From Octopus sinensis (lineage: Eukaryota), in assembly GCF_006345805.1 (NCBI RefSeq), contig NC_043013.1:54312001-54376000 (forward strand): a stretch of DNA of 64,000 nt, written 5' to 3'. The position numbers and the translations under genes are program-made. Below the pieces are notes generated by a model. The model saw nothing but the letters and a program-made list of their open reading frames with translations, did no database searches and was not told where the DNA came from. Shown piece by piece: positions 37,111 through 49,440 of the stretch. Position 1 is the first letter of the stretch. Every line of letters begins with the position of its first letter.

Positions 37111-37228
37111 GAATATAGACAATTATAGCTGACTCAGGGTCAAACAACAACATTGCACACTTGTTCAATAAACTTCAAAGTAATTTTTTCTGTTACAGTG
37201 AAATGGAAGGAAAATGAAAGATGTTATC

Positions 37229-37234
37229 ACTTAC
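37229..37234 (-). other. 5' splice donor of the THSD7 exon
   Basis: Perfect GTAAGT; the in-frame TAA ending the ORF lies inside the donor. Confidence 0.9.
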
Positions 37235-37910
37235 TTTAGAGGAACAAGTCTTCCATGTCGCCCAAGACAACTTATATCCCTTTCCTGGTATCCAATGTAA
37301 TGATGAAATCTTTGTTTATGAACTGAATTTTTAGTGTGAATTTCCTTACATTTTCTCCATGGTCCAATTTTAAATGTAAAAGAATCGATGCATTTTGGAC
37401 AAGGTCTCATCTCAGAAAGAACAGGACAAGGTTTACCACCAGCAAAAGGAGGAACCACCACAGTTCGCGTTCTTGTTTTATTGATGTAAGTACAAGAATC
37501 ACAAGAACTCCAGTTTGAAAATTCACTAACAATACAGTCCTGCGGGCAATAGACCTGACACTCTCTTTCCGTGTTGGGTTTTCTTAAGAAGTAACTACAT
37601 ACATCATCATCTCTTACTTTTTTGTCTTTCACTGAGAAACATTTGACAGGTCGAGTCTGAAGACCCACCTGCCTTTTACAAGCTAATGTTGGCAAAAATG
37701 GTTTACATTTTCCCCAGGTACCAATTTCCCAGTTGAAATTACTTCTGTGATGATTACAAGGCTTATAACAGTTTTCCTGTGTTGCCGGTCTGTGGACGTT
37801 ATCGCATCTCGCTATATCCACTGTTTCTCCGTATACACCAACACATTTCAAAGTCCGCGTTTTTGTTCCATTTTCGCCACACCAACGATGTTCGCATGGG
37901 CCCCATTCAC
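37235..37910 (-). CDS. THSD7A: Internal coding exon of a thrombospondin type-1 domain-containing protein 7 (THSD7A/B-like) gene, N-terminal TSR repeats
   Basis: Open frame GEWGPCEHRWCGENGTKTRTLKC...CPQDCIVSEFSNWSSC...RTRTVVVPPFAGGKPCP...IGYQERDISC resembles vertebrate THSD7A/B (GPWGRC, QDCIVSEFSAWSEC, IGYQTREVMC). Acceptor ttattttccAG ends at 37911; donor AA|GTAAGT starts at 37234. Length 676 = 2+672+2 (phase 1 in, phase 2 out). A versus B paralogy cannot be assigned for an invertebrate. Confidence 0.93.
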
Positions 37911-37935
37911 CTGGAAAATAAAAAATAATAATTTT
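37911..37935 (-). other. 3' splice acceptor of the THSD7 exon
   Basis: Minus strand aattattattttttattttccAG|GTGAATGG: T-rich tract plus CAG where homology begins. Confidence 0.85.
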
Positions 37936-39359
37936 CATTTATTTTTAAATTACCTCTGACTTCATAATAAATGTTATGAATGTCAAATGATCCAGGTTTT
38001 TAAATTGGCATCAACAAATTCTGTTGGTAATTTATATTAATACATCATATACTAAAATAAATTGAATGTGTTTAACATTCAATGATTAGCATAAATTAAT
38101 GCTTATCTTCTATAATGAAATGCCATTTTTCTGGGCCAAATTCTAAAAATTCGAAGTGGATGAAGTTAATATCTCAGGTAGTGGATACTGATGCAAGTGG
38201 AACAATGGGTTTCAATGTACAGCTAAAATAAACAAACTGTAAAAACTTTTCAAACTTTTGAGATGATATTTCAAAATGATTCTAGGTGAATTTCAAAAAT
38301 GAAATATAAACTGAAAATTTCAGAAAAAGAAACGAAGTAACTCCTAATAAATTCAAAAGTTGAAATCTGTTACATTTTGTACTTTTTCTTTTTCTGTTCC
38401 AAATAACAACACCAATATGGCTGGCTCTTATCTTCCAACTCTTTTGATAGTAACCCACTTGAGATTACCCTTGGTTCTACGATACAAAATTCATGTTTTA
38501 AAATGATCAAAATTTAAACTTTCCATTAAAATTTCATGTTCATTTCTGTTGCAAGCACTAACTTAATAATGACAAAGTTAGTTGGCTAAATTCTTCATTA
38601 TTTTTGAAATTAATTGAAATAAAGGCAGCAAATTTCAACAGAAATGTGATAATAAAAATGTTAACCCTTTCGTTAACCCAATCAGCAAGTTCAAACCTGC
38701 TATTTATAATTCTTCTAATAGGATGGAAAATAATTTTGCAGAACAAACTTCATTCTGACAGATTGTTAGTGTGGAAATAAACAGCATCCCAAAGGAATTC
38801 CTCCCATTAATTTCTGTAGCCAGATGAGGCTTGTAAGTGTGAAGGAATTAGAAATTATGGCTATTACTAAAATACATCAAAGATGAAATAAATTTTGTGT
38901 ATTGATCTTTTATTTCTGAATGTCTGCAAACTTTTGGACTATTTTCATTGACGCTAAAGAATTTTTTTTAGAATTTCAGATAGTGAAATATTGAGAAGAT
39001 TTCATGCTATTAAACCTATCACAAACTAGAATTCATAGAGTCCTCGTCCTTTCATAGTTCTCAATGTCTGACATCTTATATGTACATAGCTGTTTATAAA
39101 TTGGATTACTAGTGAATCAATATATAATTCCTGATTGATATTGTAATTCTACATTTGGCACTAAATTCCATAAGGCAATGTTTTTTTTTGGTATTTGTTA
39201 TTGGTTTTTATAATCTGTCTCTGGGACATTAATTAAAAGATTTACATAAAATAAGCCTCAAGGAGACCATTTCAGAATGAGTTCATGAAGATGTGTAAAA
39301 TTGATTTGCGGGATAAACAAAGTTTAAAGAGTTAAGGATCGAGTGTACGGTTTCAAATG

Positions 39360-39738
39360 TATCTTTTATCCTTTACTTGTTTCAGTCATTGGATTGTGGC
39401 CATGCTGGGGCACTGCCTTGAAGAATTTTTATTTGAATGAATCAATCCCAGTACTTATTTTTTTTAAAGCCTGGTACTTATTCTATCAGTCACTTTTGCT
39501 GAACCACTAAGTTACAGGCATGTAAATACACCAATGACCAGTTGCCAAGCAGTGTAGGGGACAAACACACACACACACATATCAGCTAGTCTTTTTTCAA
39601 TCTACCAAATCCACTTATAAGGCTTTGGTCAGCCTGAGGCTATAGTAGAATACACTTGCCCAAAGTACCATGCAGTGTGACTGAACCCAGAACTATGTGT
39701 TTGGGAAGCAAGCTTCTTACCACACAACCATGCCTGCT
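39360..39738 (-). mobile_element. Full-length SINE family B
   Basis: Same architecture as 11470-11858. Confidence 0.9.
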
Positions 39739-39834
39739 CATAGAATATTTTCAATATTCAATGAAATAGAATGTTAATTTAGAGAGATGCATTCTTGTAA
39801 AATCAACCAAGGAGTAAATTATCAATGTTGCATG

Positions 39835-40050
39835 TCAACATCATCATCATCATCTCACATCCGTCTTTCATGCTGGCATGAGTTGGAGATTTTGACAGGA
39901 TATAATGAGCTGACAAACAATATTGAAGTTCATATCTGCTTTGGCATGGTTTCTACAGCTGTATTCCCTTCCTAATACTAAATATTGTACAAAGTGTACT
40001 GCATACTTTTCCCTGTCACTGGCACTTGTGAGGTTGTAAAACAAAGCAAA
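39835..40050 (-). mobile_element. RTE 3' tail family E (decayed)
   Basis: (CAT)n..tttcatgctggcatgagttgga...cccttcctaata. Confidence 0.75.
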
Positions 40051-41021
40051 GAGCCTGCCACTGAGTGGGGTTGGCACTGAGAGGGAAATGGTTTTATGTA
40101 AGGTGTTGAGAATTTCAGGTATGACAGGGGAACTGGCACAGGTGTCTTTCTATAGAGGAGATACAAGGCTGTTCTACATGATATAAGAATGGGTGGGGGT
40201 AACTGGAAAGAAGATAACCATGGTGGGGGTGTGAAAATGTATCCCCCAGAATACAAGAAGGTGAGTATGAGAGAACAGGATCGGGAAAGATGGGTAGTTG
40301 AATCCATTAGAGGCAGAGGAGAGTGATAGATGGTTAGAGATGGGTGTAAAGGTGAATGTAAGGAATAGAACAAAGATGGTGTGGTTGGTGGCAAATATCA
40401 GGGAGTGGGGGGGAGGAGAATAGGAGTAATTCAGAAAGGAATGGGTGATAAATTGTAGGTTTAAAAAAAGGGAGAAAAATAACAGTTTAATAAACCTGTA
40501 GGTAGATAAGAAAATATGGAAATACTGTGTAGAGGGGAAGAGGTGGAGTGTTAGTGAAAGAGAAATGTGCAGTGATTGAGTTGGATGTCAGAGGTATGTA
40601 GGGGTGGCTGGTCACTTCACTTTCAAAGATCTGTAGAATAAAGAAATATCTTATTGGCAAGGATTGGTAACAAGAAGAACTGATTGTGCCTCATCTTTCC
40701 ATGCTAACCCATGTGGGAAAACATGTTTACTGAACCAAAGATTTTTGGTCTATTGTCCTGTAACCATATATTTAATATTAGTGGTGAAACAATTTCAAAT
40801 TTCTTTCTAAAAACTTGTACCAGAATGGAAAAGTGAACATGAAAAATATTGTTTTGTGTTTGTTGTTATTGGTGGGGGATGATGAATGAGTATAGTTGTG
40901 TTTCCTTTCAGAGGATTGCATCTAAAATAGATATTAAGCTGCTACACTGATGCACCCAAGGACAAACAGTGTTATGTGCATAGAGACAGTGATGTCATCA
41001 TCATCATTCAGTAAATGTTCA

Positions 41022-41056
<35 letters not shown>

Positions 41057-41595
41057 GTTTTCTTTAATTACACATAAATACTGTCTATATTTTTGTTGTT
41101 TTGTCAACATTTATTTCTGAAATATGTTGATTAAGTAATATAAAGTTAATTAAATGGTTTTTAATAATCAAATAGGAAGGTTATTTCATGAACCTGATTA
41201 ATAATATAGAGAGTAAGGTGTGGAAACTGAGAAAGAAATGAAATTTATTGCATAAATTAATGGAGAATCTCTAACAAACCATTATGATAACATTAAGAAC
41301 AATGTTTGGAAATAATGTAAGAAGATATGTAAAATGAGAAAAACTAATTAGAATTATGGATTCACCTTGCAATAATGGGCCATATTTTTGTTTTGTTTTT
41401 AACATAATTACCAATTATTTTCTGCCTTATTATGCGTAGTTGTCTCACTCTTAGCTTGCAGCCTCTATTTGTAAGCTACCATCTCTCTCAATCACACTTA
41501 TACACTATTGATTTTAAAATATATGATGTTAAGCTTCTCATATGTATATATATATATATAATTGCCTTATGGTGGATAACTTTCTTTAGGATTTG

Positions 41596-42010
41596 AATAT
41601 GCCCCAAGCATATTTGAACTGGTAACAAATTTGTGTTTATCCACATCACTGCTCAGCATTTCTATTCTGTATTTTATTTACGGTATGCCACTAATTAGTG
41701 CAACCATTCACAGTATGATGATAGGAATATAATAGAAGATATCTATTTCTTGAAAGTTCATAACATTCCCTGCTTTCTGGTATCTGGTGCGAAAGAGGAG
41801 ATAGCCACTCCAAAATGCATGTATCCATCAGTCTGGTTAGAGGGCATTTCGAACTGATTTGATGCGTTTACGCCTATTTATCTACAGTGAGAAATTTTTC
41901 TGTCACAAAATACACTGAATGACTTTCTTACATTTTCAAATATGCCTCAAGCATATTTGAATGGATAACAAGTTTGTGTTTATACGCATCACTGCTTAGC
42001 CCTTCTGTTC
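41596..42010. repeat. Pair of 72-bp direct repeats 343 bp apart
   Basis: 41596-41667 versus 41939-42010, about 85% identical by eye. Confidence 0.85.
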
Positions 42011-42579
42011 CATATATATATGTGTGTGTGTGTGTGTTACTTTTGTTGCTTCTCTAATAGACCTTCCATGGCATAACTTGTATTCCATGCATTCAATTCC
42101 ATTGACACTGTCAGTTTATACACCACTCCATCTCCATGCAAGCAGGTGTGTCTTACTGGATTGGAAGAACCAGAGAAGAAAGAGAGGGATGTAGTCAGAT
42201 GTTTCCTTTTATGAGAGATTAAACTTAATGATATCTAAACATCATTTTACAAAGAAAAGAATTGTTAAAATTTGGTACAATTTGTTCTTTTTTCTTTTTA
42301 ATCAAAATTAAAGAAGCTAATTACAGTTGTGGATTGACGTTGCAACTTTGAGTAGAGAAACTGAAGATTAAAATGTTCACTTATTGTTTCCAGCTGTGAT
42401 CAACCTTTCTTTATTTTAGTGTATGCCCTTAAAAACAATAACAACAGCCTTCATATTTACTGATTCAATGAAATCACTTTATATATTAATTTGAAACCTC
42501 AGTTAGTATATCTGTAATATAGCTGAAGTTTCAACATAATATATAGGGGATTAATATATCATATAATTACAGCATTCTG

Positions 42580-42745
42580 TTTGTTTTGATGATGGGGGTT
42601 CCAGTTGACCCAATCAACAGAACAGCTTGCTCGTGAAATTAACATGCAAGTGGCTGAGCACTCCACAGACACATGTACTCTTAATGTAGTTCTCGGGGAG
42701 ATTCAGAGTGTGACAAGGCTGGCCCCTTTGAAATACATGTACAAC
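42580..42745 (-). mobile_element. SINE 3' body fragment
   Basis: cagttgacccaatcaacagaacagcttgctcgtgaaattaacatgcaagtggctgagcactcc; recognised from memory as a common octopus SINE body, no second copy in this window. Confidence 0.5.
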
Positions 42746-43953
42746 AGAAACAGGAAGAAAGAGTGAGAGAAAGTTGTGGTGAAAGGGTACAGAGAGTGAG
42801 AGAAGATTGAGAAAGAGGGAAGCAAAGTTTCTAATAAAACCCAGGTCACTTGAAATGGGACCAGGATTTTGAGGAGAAAATGATGGTGGTATGTGAGAAG
42901 AGAGAGCAAGAATGGATGAGGGTGGGGACACATGCAAACAAGTTGGAGGAGTGGGGGGAGGAGGAGGAGGAGGAGGAGGAGAAGGAAAGAGGATTGTGGA
43001 AGGAGTCATTTATTCACCCATTTCCTTTTATAAATTGATTAGGAAAGGAGAACTTCTCTATAAATATTACTGTTAAATAACCTGATTAATTTTACTCTAC
43101 AGGAATCACCATTTAGTTGGAAAGGAGATTTTGTTAGTGGCTGATCTATTAAACAACTCTCGACTTCAAACTTTATGAAATATAACTGTAAAAGAGCTTA
43201 ACATCGTTTAGATCTGGTAATTTAATTCAGAACTTAATCCTTGAGTCCACAGAAAACAAAGTTAAGAATTTATTACAAAGATCCAGATTAAGATAATTAA
43301 GAATCTTATATATACTGTTATAGTTAAACAAGTTTTTTTTTTCTTGTTGTCAATAGAACACATGTAAGTCTTTCTACCCAGGGTATATAAACATGTAATA
43401 TAAAACCCTTCAACAACTATTTTCCGTACATAGAGGATTTACAGCATATAGACACAAACATACACATGTACACACACACACACATGCACACCTTAAAGCA
43501 GCCGTATGTAAGTAAAGATAAGGAAGGTTTAAAGACAATATTTTGTTGCTTTCTTCAGCTGTACAATGACAATTATTCCATTAACTTTAGAAACCTAGTT
43601 ACTGTCACCTTCCTCTGCCACATCAGTGTTCTTCCCTCTCGTTATTAAATGTACAAACATGGAGTAAAATCAAGTTATAGATTACCTCAACAATGCTAAG
43701 TTTATATGTAATTATAAAAAAAGAATTATGCTTCCATTTGTCACACACTTGTGTTTCTGCAACAAACTGTCAGCTTGAAACCAATATTAGTCATATTGTC
43801 AGAAGTAAATTTTGGGGGTTCAAAATATATTGTGTTGTCTTTGAATTCTTCGCTTGTTCTAAAAAATTTTGTTGACATTTTATTAAGGATCAAACTTTTT
43901 ACTGGTAATCTAACGAGTGTGAATGAATTATGATTTGGTTGTAGCAAAAAGAG

Positions 43954-43954
<1 letters not shown>

Positions 43955-43985
<31 letters not shown>

Positions 43986-44180
43986 CTATTTAGCATTCAT
44001 TTTCCACGTCGGCATGGGTTAGATGGTTTGACTGGAACTGTTAAGTGAGAGAACTGTACCAGGCTCCAGTCTGTTTTGGACTGCTTTCCATAGCTGGATG
44101 CCCTTCCTGATGCCAACCATTCTACAGAATGTACCTTCAATGTGTCACCAGTACAGCTACTTTTATGTGTTACTGGTAGT
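43955..44180 (-). mobile_element. RTE 3' tail family E
   Basis: (CAT)n..ggcatgggttagatggtttgac..ggatgcccttcctgatgccaacca. Confidence 0.85.
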
Positions 44181-44426
44181 TCTACAAACCCAAATGTTTC
44201 CATTTTTAAAAGAAACATCATATCTATGCAGGCATATATGAAAGGAATTTCTTCTTTTTGAAAAATTATAAATTAACCTTGCAAGTTTTCAGAAGCAATA
44301 GGACTTCCTGATTTCAATGCCTGAAACTTATACAGTTTTATTATTTACCATGATTTTGTTTGTAATTTTCAAATAATTCCATTTTAGTCATGGTTTTTGC
44401 TAACATAATATACTATTCATTATTCA

Positions 44427-44798
44427 CATTTTTTATATTGAACAGATATGTGTCCCCCGTCTTGTTTGTTTACCACAATGTTTCAGCTGATTCACTATCC
44501 AGCGTTCATCAGGTGTCCTGCTAGAATTTTGAACCCAACCCTGGGTTCTCATTCCTAACGGATTTTTTGATGATGTCATCATCATCATCATCATCATCAT
44601 CATCACTATTATTATTATTATATTATTATTATTATTACTATTATTAACATCATCAAAAAAATACCTTAGGAATGAGAACCCAAGGTTGGGTACAAAATTC
44701 TAGCAGGACACCTGATGAACGCTGGATAGTGAATCAGCTGAAACATTGTGGTAACATCAAATAAGAGGAGGATACATATCCATCCAATGTAAATAATG
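44427..44798. repeat. Foldback: about 150-bp inverted arms of Penelope-like terminal sequence around a (CAT)n(TAT)n spacer
   Basis: 44470-44531 is the exact reverse complement of 44693-44754; each arm has CTGATGA...GAAAC. Confidence 0.95.
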
Positions 44799-46535
44799 TC
44801 CAGAATTCCTCACCTCTCAGATATAGAACAGAATAATATACTATCAATTTTAAGTTAAATTATTATAGTTGCTGTATAAATTACTTAGAATGTAATTATA
44901 TAATGTTAATAGTTTTATCATTAACAACACATCCAGCAGAAAATGAATGTAGATTAATAAAGCAAAACTATTTTCAATAAATGCATCTTTTCGTCCCCCT
45001 TCACCTTCAAAAGCAGTGTAATCTTTAAAAGTGATCAATAAGTGATCACAGTCTAGAAGATGATTGGAAGTGGCCTCTGTCATTTTTTTCTTAACTAAAA
45101 TTACTATTTTATTTTATTGAATCATTTTCTTTCTCTGTTTCTTATTGCTGTAATTAGTTAATTAACTAAGATTTAATAAAAGAATGTTTATATAATGTTT
45201 ACCATTTTTTGAAATTGAGAATTTCTTGAAATTAAACTGGCACCTATTTTTGTATGATAGATCTTTTCTCCAACTAAATGCAAATGTCCAAATATGTAAA
45301 AGTTGTTTGACTTTTGCTAGTATGGAAGATCAGATGTGCAATAATGTAAGAAAAAGAGCAGGGAATTTCAGTTTGTCTGATAACAAATACGTTAGGTTTA
45401 ACAAGCTTTGTTCCCCCAATTTACATTCAGTTTCTTTGAAAGAATGGAATAGTTCTGTTGGAGTAATTACATTCTGTAGTTAGTTGTCCCACTTGTTATT
45501 CAAACTTAATTTATGTGGTGCATAGCCATATATATATATTCTTTGTCTTGCAAGCTACTGTGCAACCTTCCTCAGGCTGGTGCCACAAATGCATCACCCA
45601 GTACTCTCTGTTAAATGGTTGATAAGAGGAAGGGCATCCGATTGTAGATATCACTTACTCCCAAGTACTGTAACAATTTCACAGTCATTAAACCATGAAC
45701 CTGATGATCAAAGTATATAAAAAAAAAGAAGAAAAAACCAATTCAAATATGAAACAGCTGCCTGTGTAAACGTATTGTAGAATTAATATTCATATTATTT
45801 CTTGCAAACAGAAATGAGTGCTTACCATAGTTGCCAAGTGAAAACATTCAGAACATGAAATATCTGTTAGATTATTCTTAATGATGGCAATATAACAACA
45901 ACGCTTTTACTTTTCATTGAAATATAAATTTATAAAAAAAAATCATTTGAATTTTAAACACAAAAGAAATGCACTGCAGAATCATTCCTTTGTTTGCCAT
46001 TCTACCATTCTACATAGACATTGACAGCACTGCTTCTAAACCCTTCCAGCAGCATGAAAATAATCCAAAGACAAAGCATTTCTGGCTACAGAAGGCCTTG
46101 CGGGTTTTTGTTGGTTAATTGTTTTTAAGGCTTGCTGATTTCTATCAAGCTGGTTCTAATTAACATGGCATCATGACCTCATCAGATATGGAAATAGAAA
46201 GGAAGCCCAACAGAAACTTGGTTATTATATTGAACAACAACAACAAACAGCAAAAGCAAAAAAAAGAAAAAAGTCTGTTTCATCAGAAAGAGAAAAATGT
46301 TGAGCCTCTTTCAATTCTTTTATATATTTCAGTGTTCTTTAGAATAAGGATTTTTTTTATATTCTTCAGTTAATCATTTTTATTAATGAACTATATTAGC
46401 TTCGAGCTCATTCTGCATTCCATCTCTCTCGCTCTCTCTCTCTCTCTCCTCCCTCTCTCTCTCTCATATATGTTACAGTTAAAATATTGCTCCATTTATT
46501 ACATATGTTTATGCATGTATGTATATATAAATGAA

Positions 46536-46876
46536 GGCGCCTGGTTCAGTGGTTTGAGCATCAGCCTTACAATCATGAGGTAGTGAGTTTGATTTCCCGA
46601 CATATATTCTGCATATTGAGTTCTTGAGCAAGACACTTTATTTTCATGTTGCCCCAGTTGACTCAGCTGTAGAAATTAGTTGCAACATCACTGCTGCCAA
46701 GCAGAATCGGCTTTTGCTTTTCCCTTGGATAACATCAGTGGCGTGGAGAGGTGAGGCTGGTGTGCATGGGTAACTGTTGGTCTTCCATAAACAACCTTGC
46801 CCTGACTTGTGACTCAGAGGGGAATTTTCTAGGTGCAATCCCATGGTCATTCATGAATGAAGGGGGTATTTTCCCT
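46536..46876 (+). mobile_element. Full-length CORE-type SINE family F
   Basis: tggttcagtgg A box, gagtttgatttccc B box, ttcttgagcaagacactttattttcatgttgccccagttgactcagctg CORE-like block. Confidence 0.8.
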
Positions 46877-46947
46877 ATATATAGTGTGTTAGTTATATAT
46901 ACACATGTATTCATATTCTTGTACACACTCATGTACATACATGTGTA

Positions 46948-46979
<32 letters not shown>

Positions 46980-46981
<2 letters not shown>

Positions 46982-47110
46982 AAATGAAGAACAAACACAA
47001 AAAAAACAAGACAAGTACATGGTACATGTAGAGTATTAGCAGACGCTCAGGGAAGGAAAGAAAGATGGTTTAACATTTTGAGTAAAGCTCTTCTTCACAA
47101 ACAGAGGAAT
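46980..47110 (-). mobile_element. Penelope-like terminal fragment with inactivated hammerhead
   Basis: Homologous to 12845-12990; motif at 47068-47102 reads GTTT-GTGAAGA-A-GAG-CTTTA-CTC-AAAA-T-GTT-AAAC. Confidence 0.65.
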
Positions 47111-47469
47111 GCCAACAATTCACATGTGGTTACATTTTGAATGATATATAACATGTGCGATACATAACACATCATAATCATTTTATGTTTCCTTCTTGCA
47201 TGCTGTTATGGATTGTCCAAGAATTATTCAGACAATTTTCTACAGCAGGAAGGCAGTGGGCTGGCAGAGATGTTAGCACCCTGGGAAAAATGATTGACAG
47301 TCTTCCCTCTCTAAATATGATAATAAATTTTACTTTGATTAGTTTCTGCTTAGCTTTTTTGGTGCAGTCCCCTAAAAATAATCCAGGTTCTGGATCTGGT
47401 TCAGATACTATAAAAATGGAACCATCAGTCCAAATGGGGCTAATTTGAAAATACAGAATCAAACACTCA

Positions 47470-47502
47470 AAGATGCATGCACACACACACACACATGCAC
47501 AC

Positions 47503-47557
<55 letters not shown>

Positions 47558-47572
47558 GCCTGCCTGCCTGCC

Positions 47573-47615
<43 letters not shown>

Positions 47616-47630
47616 GTGTGTGTGTGTGTA
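47470..47630. repeat. Graded microsatellite (CA)n-(TCTA)n-(CCTG)n-(TCTG)n-(TG)n
   Basis: Directly visible. Confidence 0.97.
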
Positions 47631-48006
47631 TTTGTATAAAGCAAATTTCAAAGACACAGAACCATGTCAACACTCCCTCCTCTTTTCCATATATATATAT
47701 ATATATATACATCACTCACGTTGATGTGGATATATTGAATAAATTGAGGTTGATCAAAGGAAAGAATACTACATATGGTGTCTAGACGAAATGGTACAAA
47801 TCAACAGCCATAACAATCCATTCAGGTTGTGAAGGAGATATCAGTGAAGGAAAGTTTATTGGTCTTTGATATTCTGCAAATCTAGGAGTATCCAAATTTA
47901 ATTGGAACTTTAACTGTGGCATTATATAATAAATATAACACACAAATGGATTTTACAGTATGTCAATAATTGTTTAAGAGATTTTATTGTGACATGAAGA
48001 TAACCC

Positions 48007-48210
48007 TTTCTCTTACAGGCACAAGGCCTGAAATTTGGGGGAGGAGCCTATTCGATTACATTGACTCCATAGTGTAACTGGTACTTAATTTAGCGACCCC
48101 AAAAGGATGAATGGCAAAGTCGACCTTGGCGAAATTTGAACTCACAACATAGTGGCAGACGAAAGAACACAAAGCATTTCGTCTGGCATGCCACTGATAC
48201 CACCAGCCCA
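48007..48210 (-). mobile_element. SINE family A (tail type 2)
   Basis: ggcacaaggcctgaaatttggggg...ggcaaagtcgaccttggcgaaatttgaactc. Confidence 0.88.
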
Positions 48211-48231
48211 CTACTACATAAACATAATGCA

Positions 48232-48428
48232 AATATCAATAAGGTTATGTAATACATTACATATGATCCCTCAAATTGTCAGATTATACCAAAGCTCAAG
48301 TGAGTAGAGTGTGCGAAGCCACTGTACTGATCGCAAAAAGGCATATCATATTCTCATCACCTGAATTATGGTATTATTTGATGATTTGAGGGTTTATATG
48401 TAACACATTGCATGTCATTATTGATATT
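48232..48428. mobile_element. Old MITE-like inverted repeat (59-bp arms)
   Basis: 48232-48290 versus reverse complement of 48370-48428, about 75% identical. Confidence 0.6.
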
Positions 48429-48589
48429 ACATATCTATACACAACTATTTGTGTGATGTCTATGTCACAATAAACGTCTCAATGAAACAATTGTAGTGCT
48501 ACCCTGGAATAAATTTACCGGTTTTATTCTATATATATAGATTGATAGATAGAAGCATGGAAACCATGTCAAAACAGAAACAGACATGG

Positions 48590-48858
48590 AACTTGGACAT
48601 CCCTTCAGCTGGTCAAACTGTTCAAACCCTGCCAGCATGGAAAATGGACGTTAAATGATGATGATGATGATGTGTGTGTGTATATATATGTATGTATATG
48701 CATGTATATATATATGTATATATATGTGTATATATATATGTATATATATATATGTATGAACAAATATATATGTGTGTAAATATATATATGTATATATATA
48801 TGTGCAAATATATATATATATATGTGTATATATATATGTATGTGTGTGGATATATATA

Positions 48859-48893
<35 letters not shown>
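48590..48893 (+). repeat. E tail end, (GAT)n and compound (TG)n/(TA)n microsatellite
   Basis: gccagcatggaaaatggacgttaaatgatgatg followed by microsatellite. Confidence 0.9.
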
Positions 48894-49209
48894 CAAGGAG
48901 TAAAATAGAATTGAAATAAGAAAACAAAGAGAACTTGAACATATCTTCAACTATCAGTTGTTTCTGCACCAAGTCTGCTTTCAACATCTGTTTATGCAAA
49001 AAGTTCAAGGGGAAAATTTGCATAGTATTTGTGGTTATAATCATTAGGGTGGCACTTTTTCAGTACTCTTTTCACTCAGAAATTTAGTGTGGTCTGGCGT
49101 TGCAAGCAGAGTTGGTGTAGAAACAATTGTAACTGATCATTAAAGATGTGTTAAAGTCGTTCTGTGTCTACTTATTTTGATTTTATTTATATATATGTGT
49201 GTGTGTTGG

Positions 49210-49345
49210 AACCAGGGACATCACAACTCATTTCTACTGCTGAGTGAACTGGAGCAACGTGAAATAAAGTGCCTTGCTCAAGAATACAACACACAGCCTG
49301 GTCTGGGAATTGAACTCACAACCTCACGATTATAAGCTTGACTGA

Positions 49346-49350
<5 letters not shown>
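49210..49350 (-). mobile_element. SINE family F head and CORE
   Basis: gctgagtgaactggagcaacgtgaaataaagtgccttgctcaag...gggaattgaactcac. Confidence 0.8.
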
Positions 49351-49384
<34 letters not shown>

Positions 49385-49440
49385 TAATGGAATTAGCAAT
49401 TGGCTATCAATCTAGGATTGTATCTGGCAAATGAAGCACT

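Noticed and set aside
39978-40394. Pro/Ser/Leu-rich ORFs (also 42614-43009)
   Set aside because: Products of purine-rich low-complexity DNA and (GAG)n; no domain motifs.
45817-45850. Good minus-strand donor (ATG|GTAAGC) after MFSLGNY
   Set aside because: In-frame stop immediately upstream and no signal peptide; cannot be excluded as a UTR exon but unsupported.
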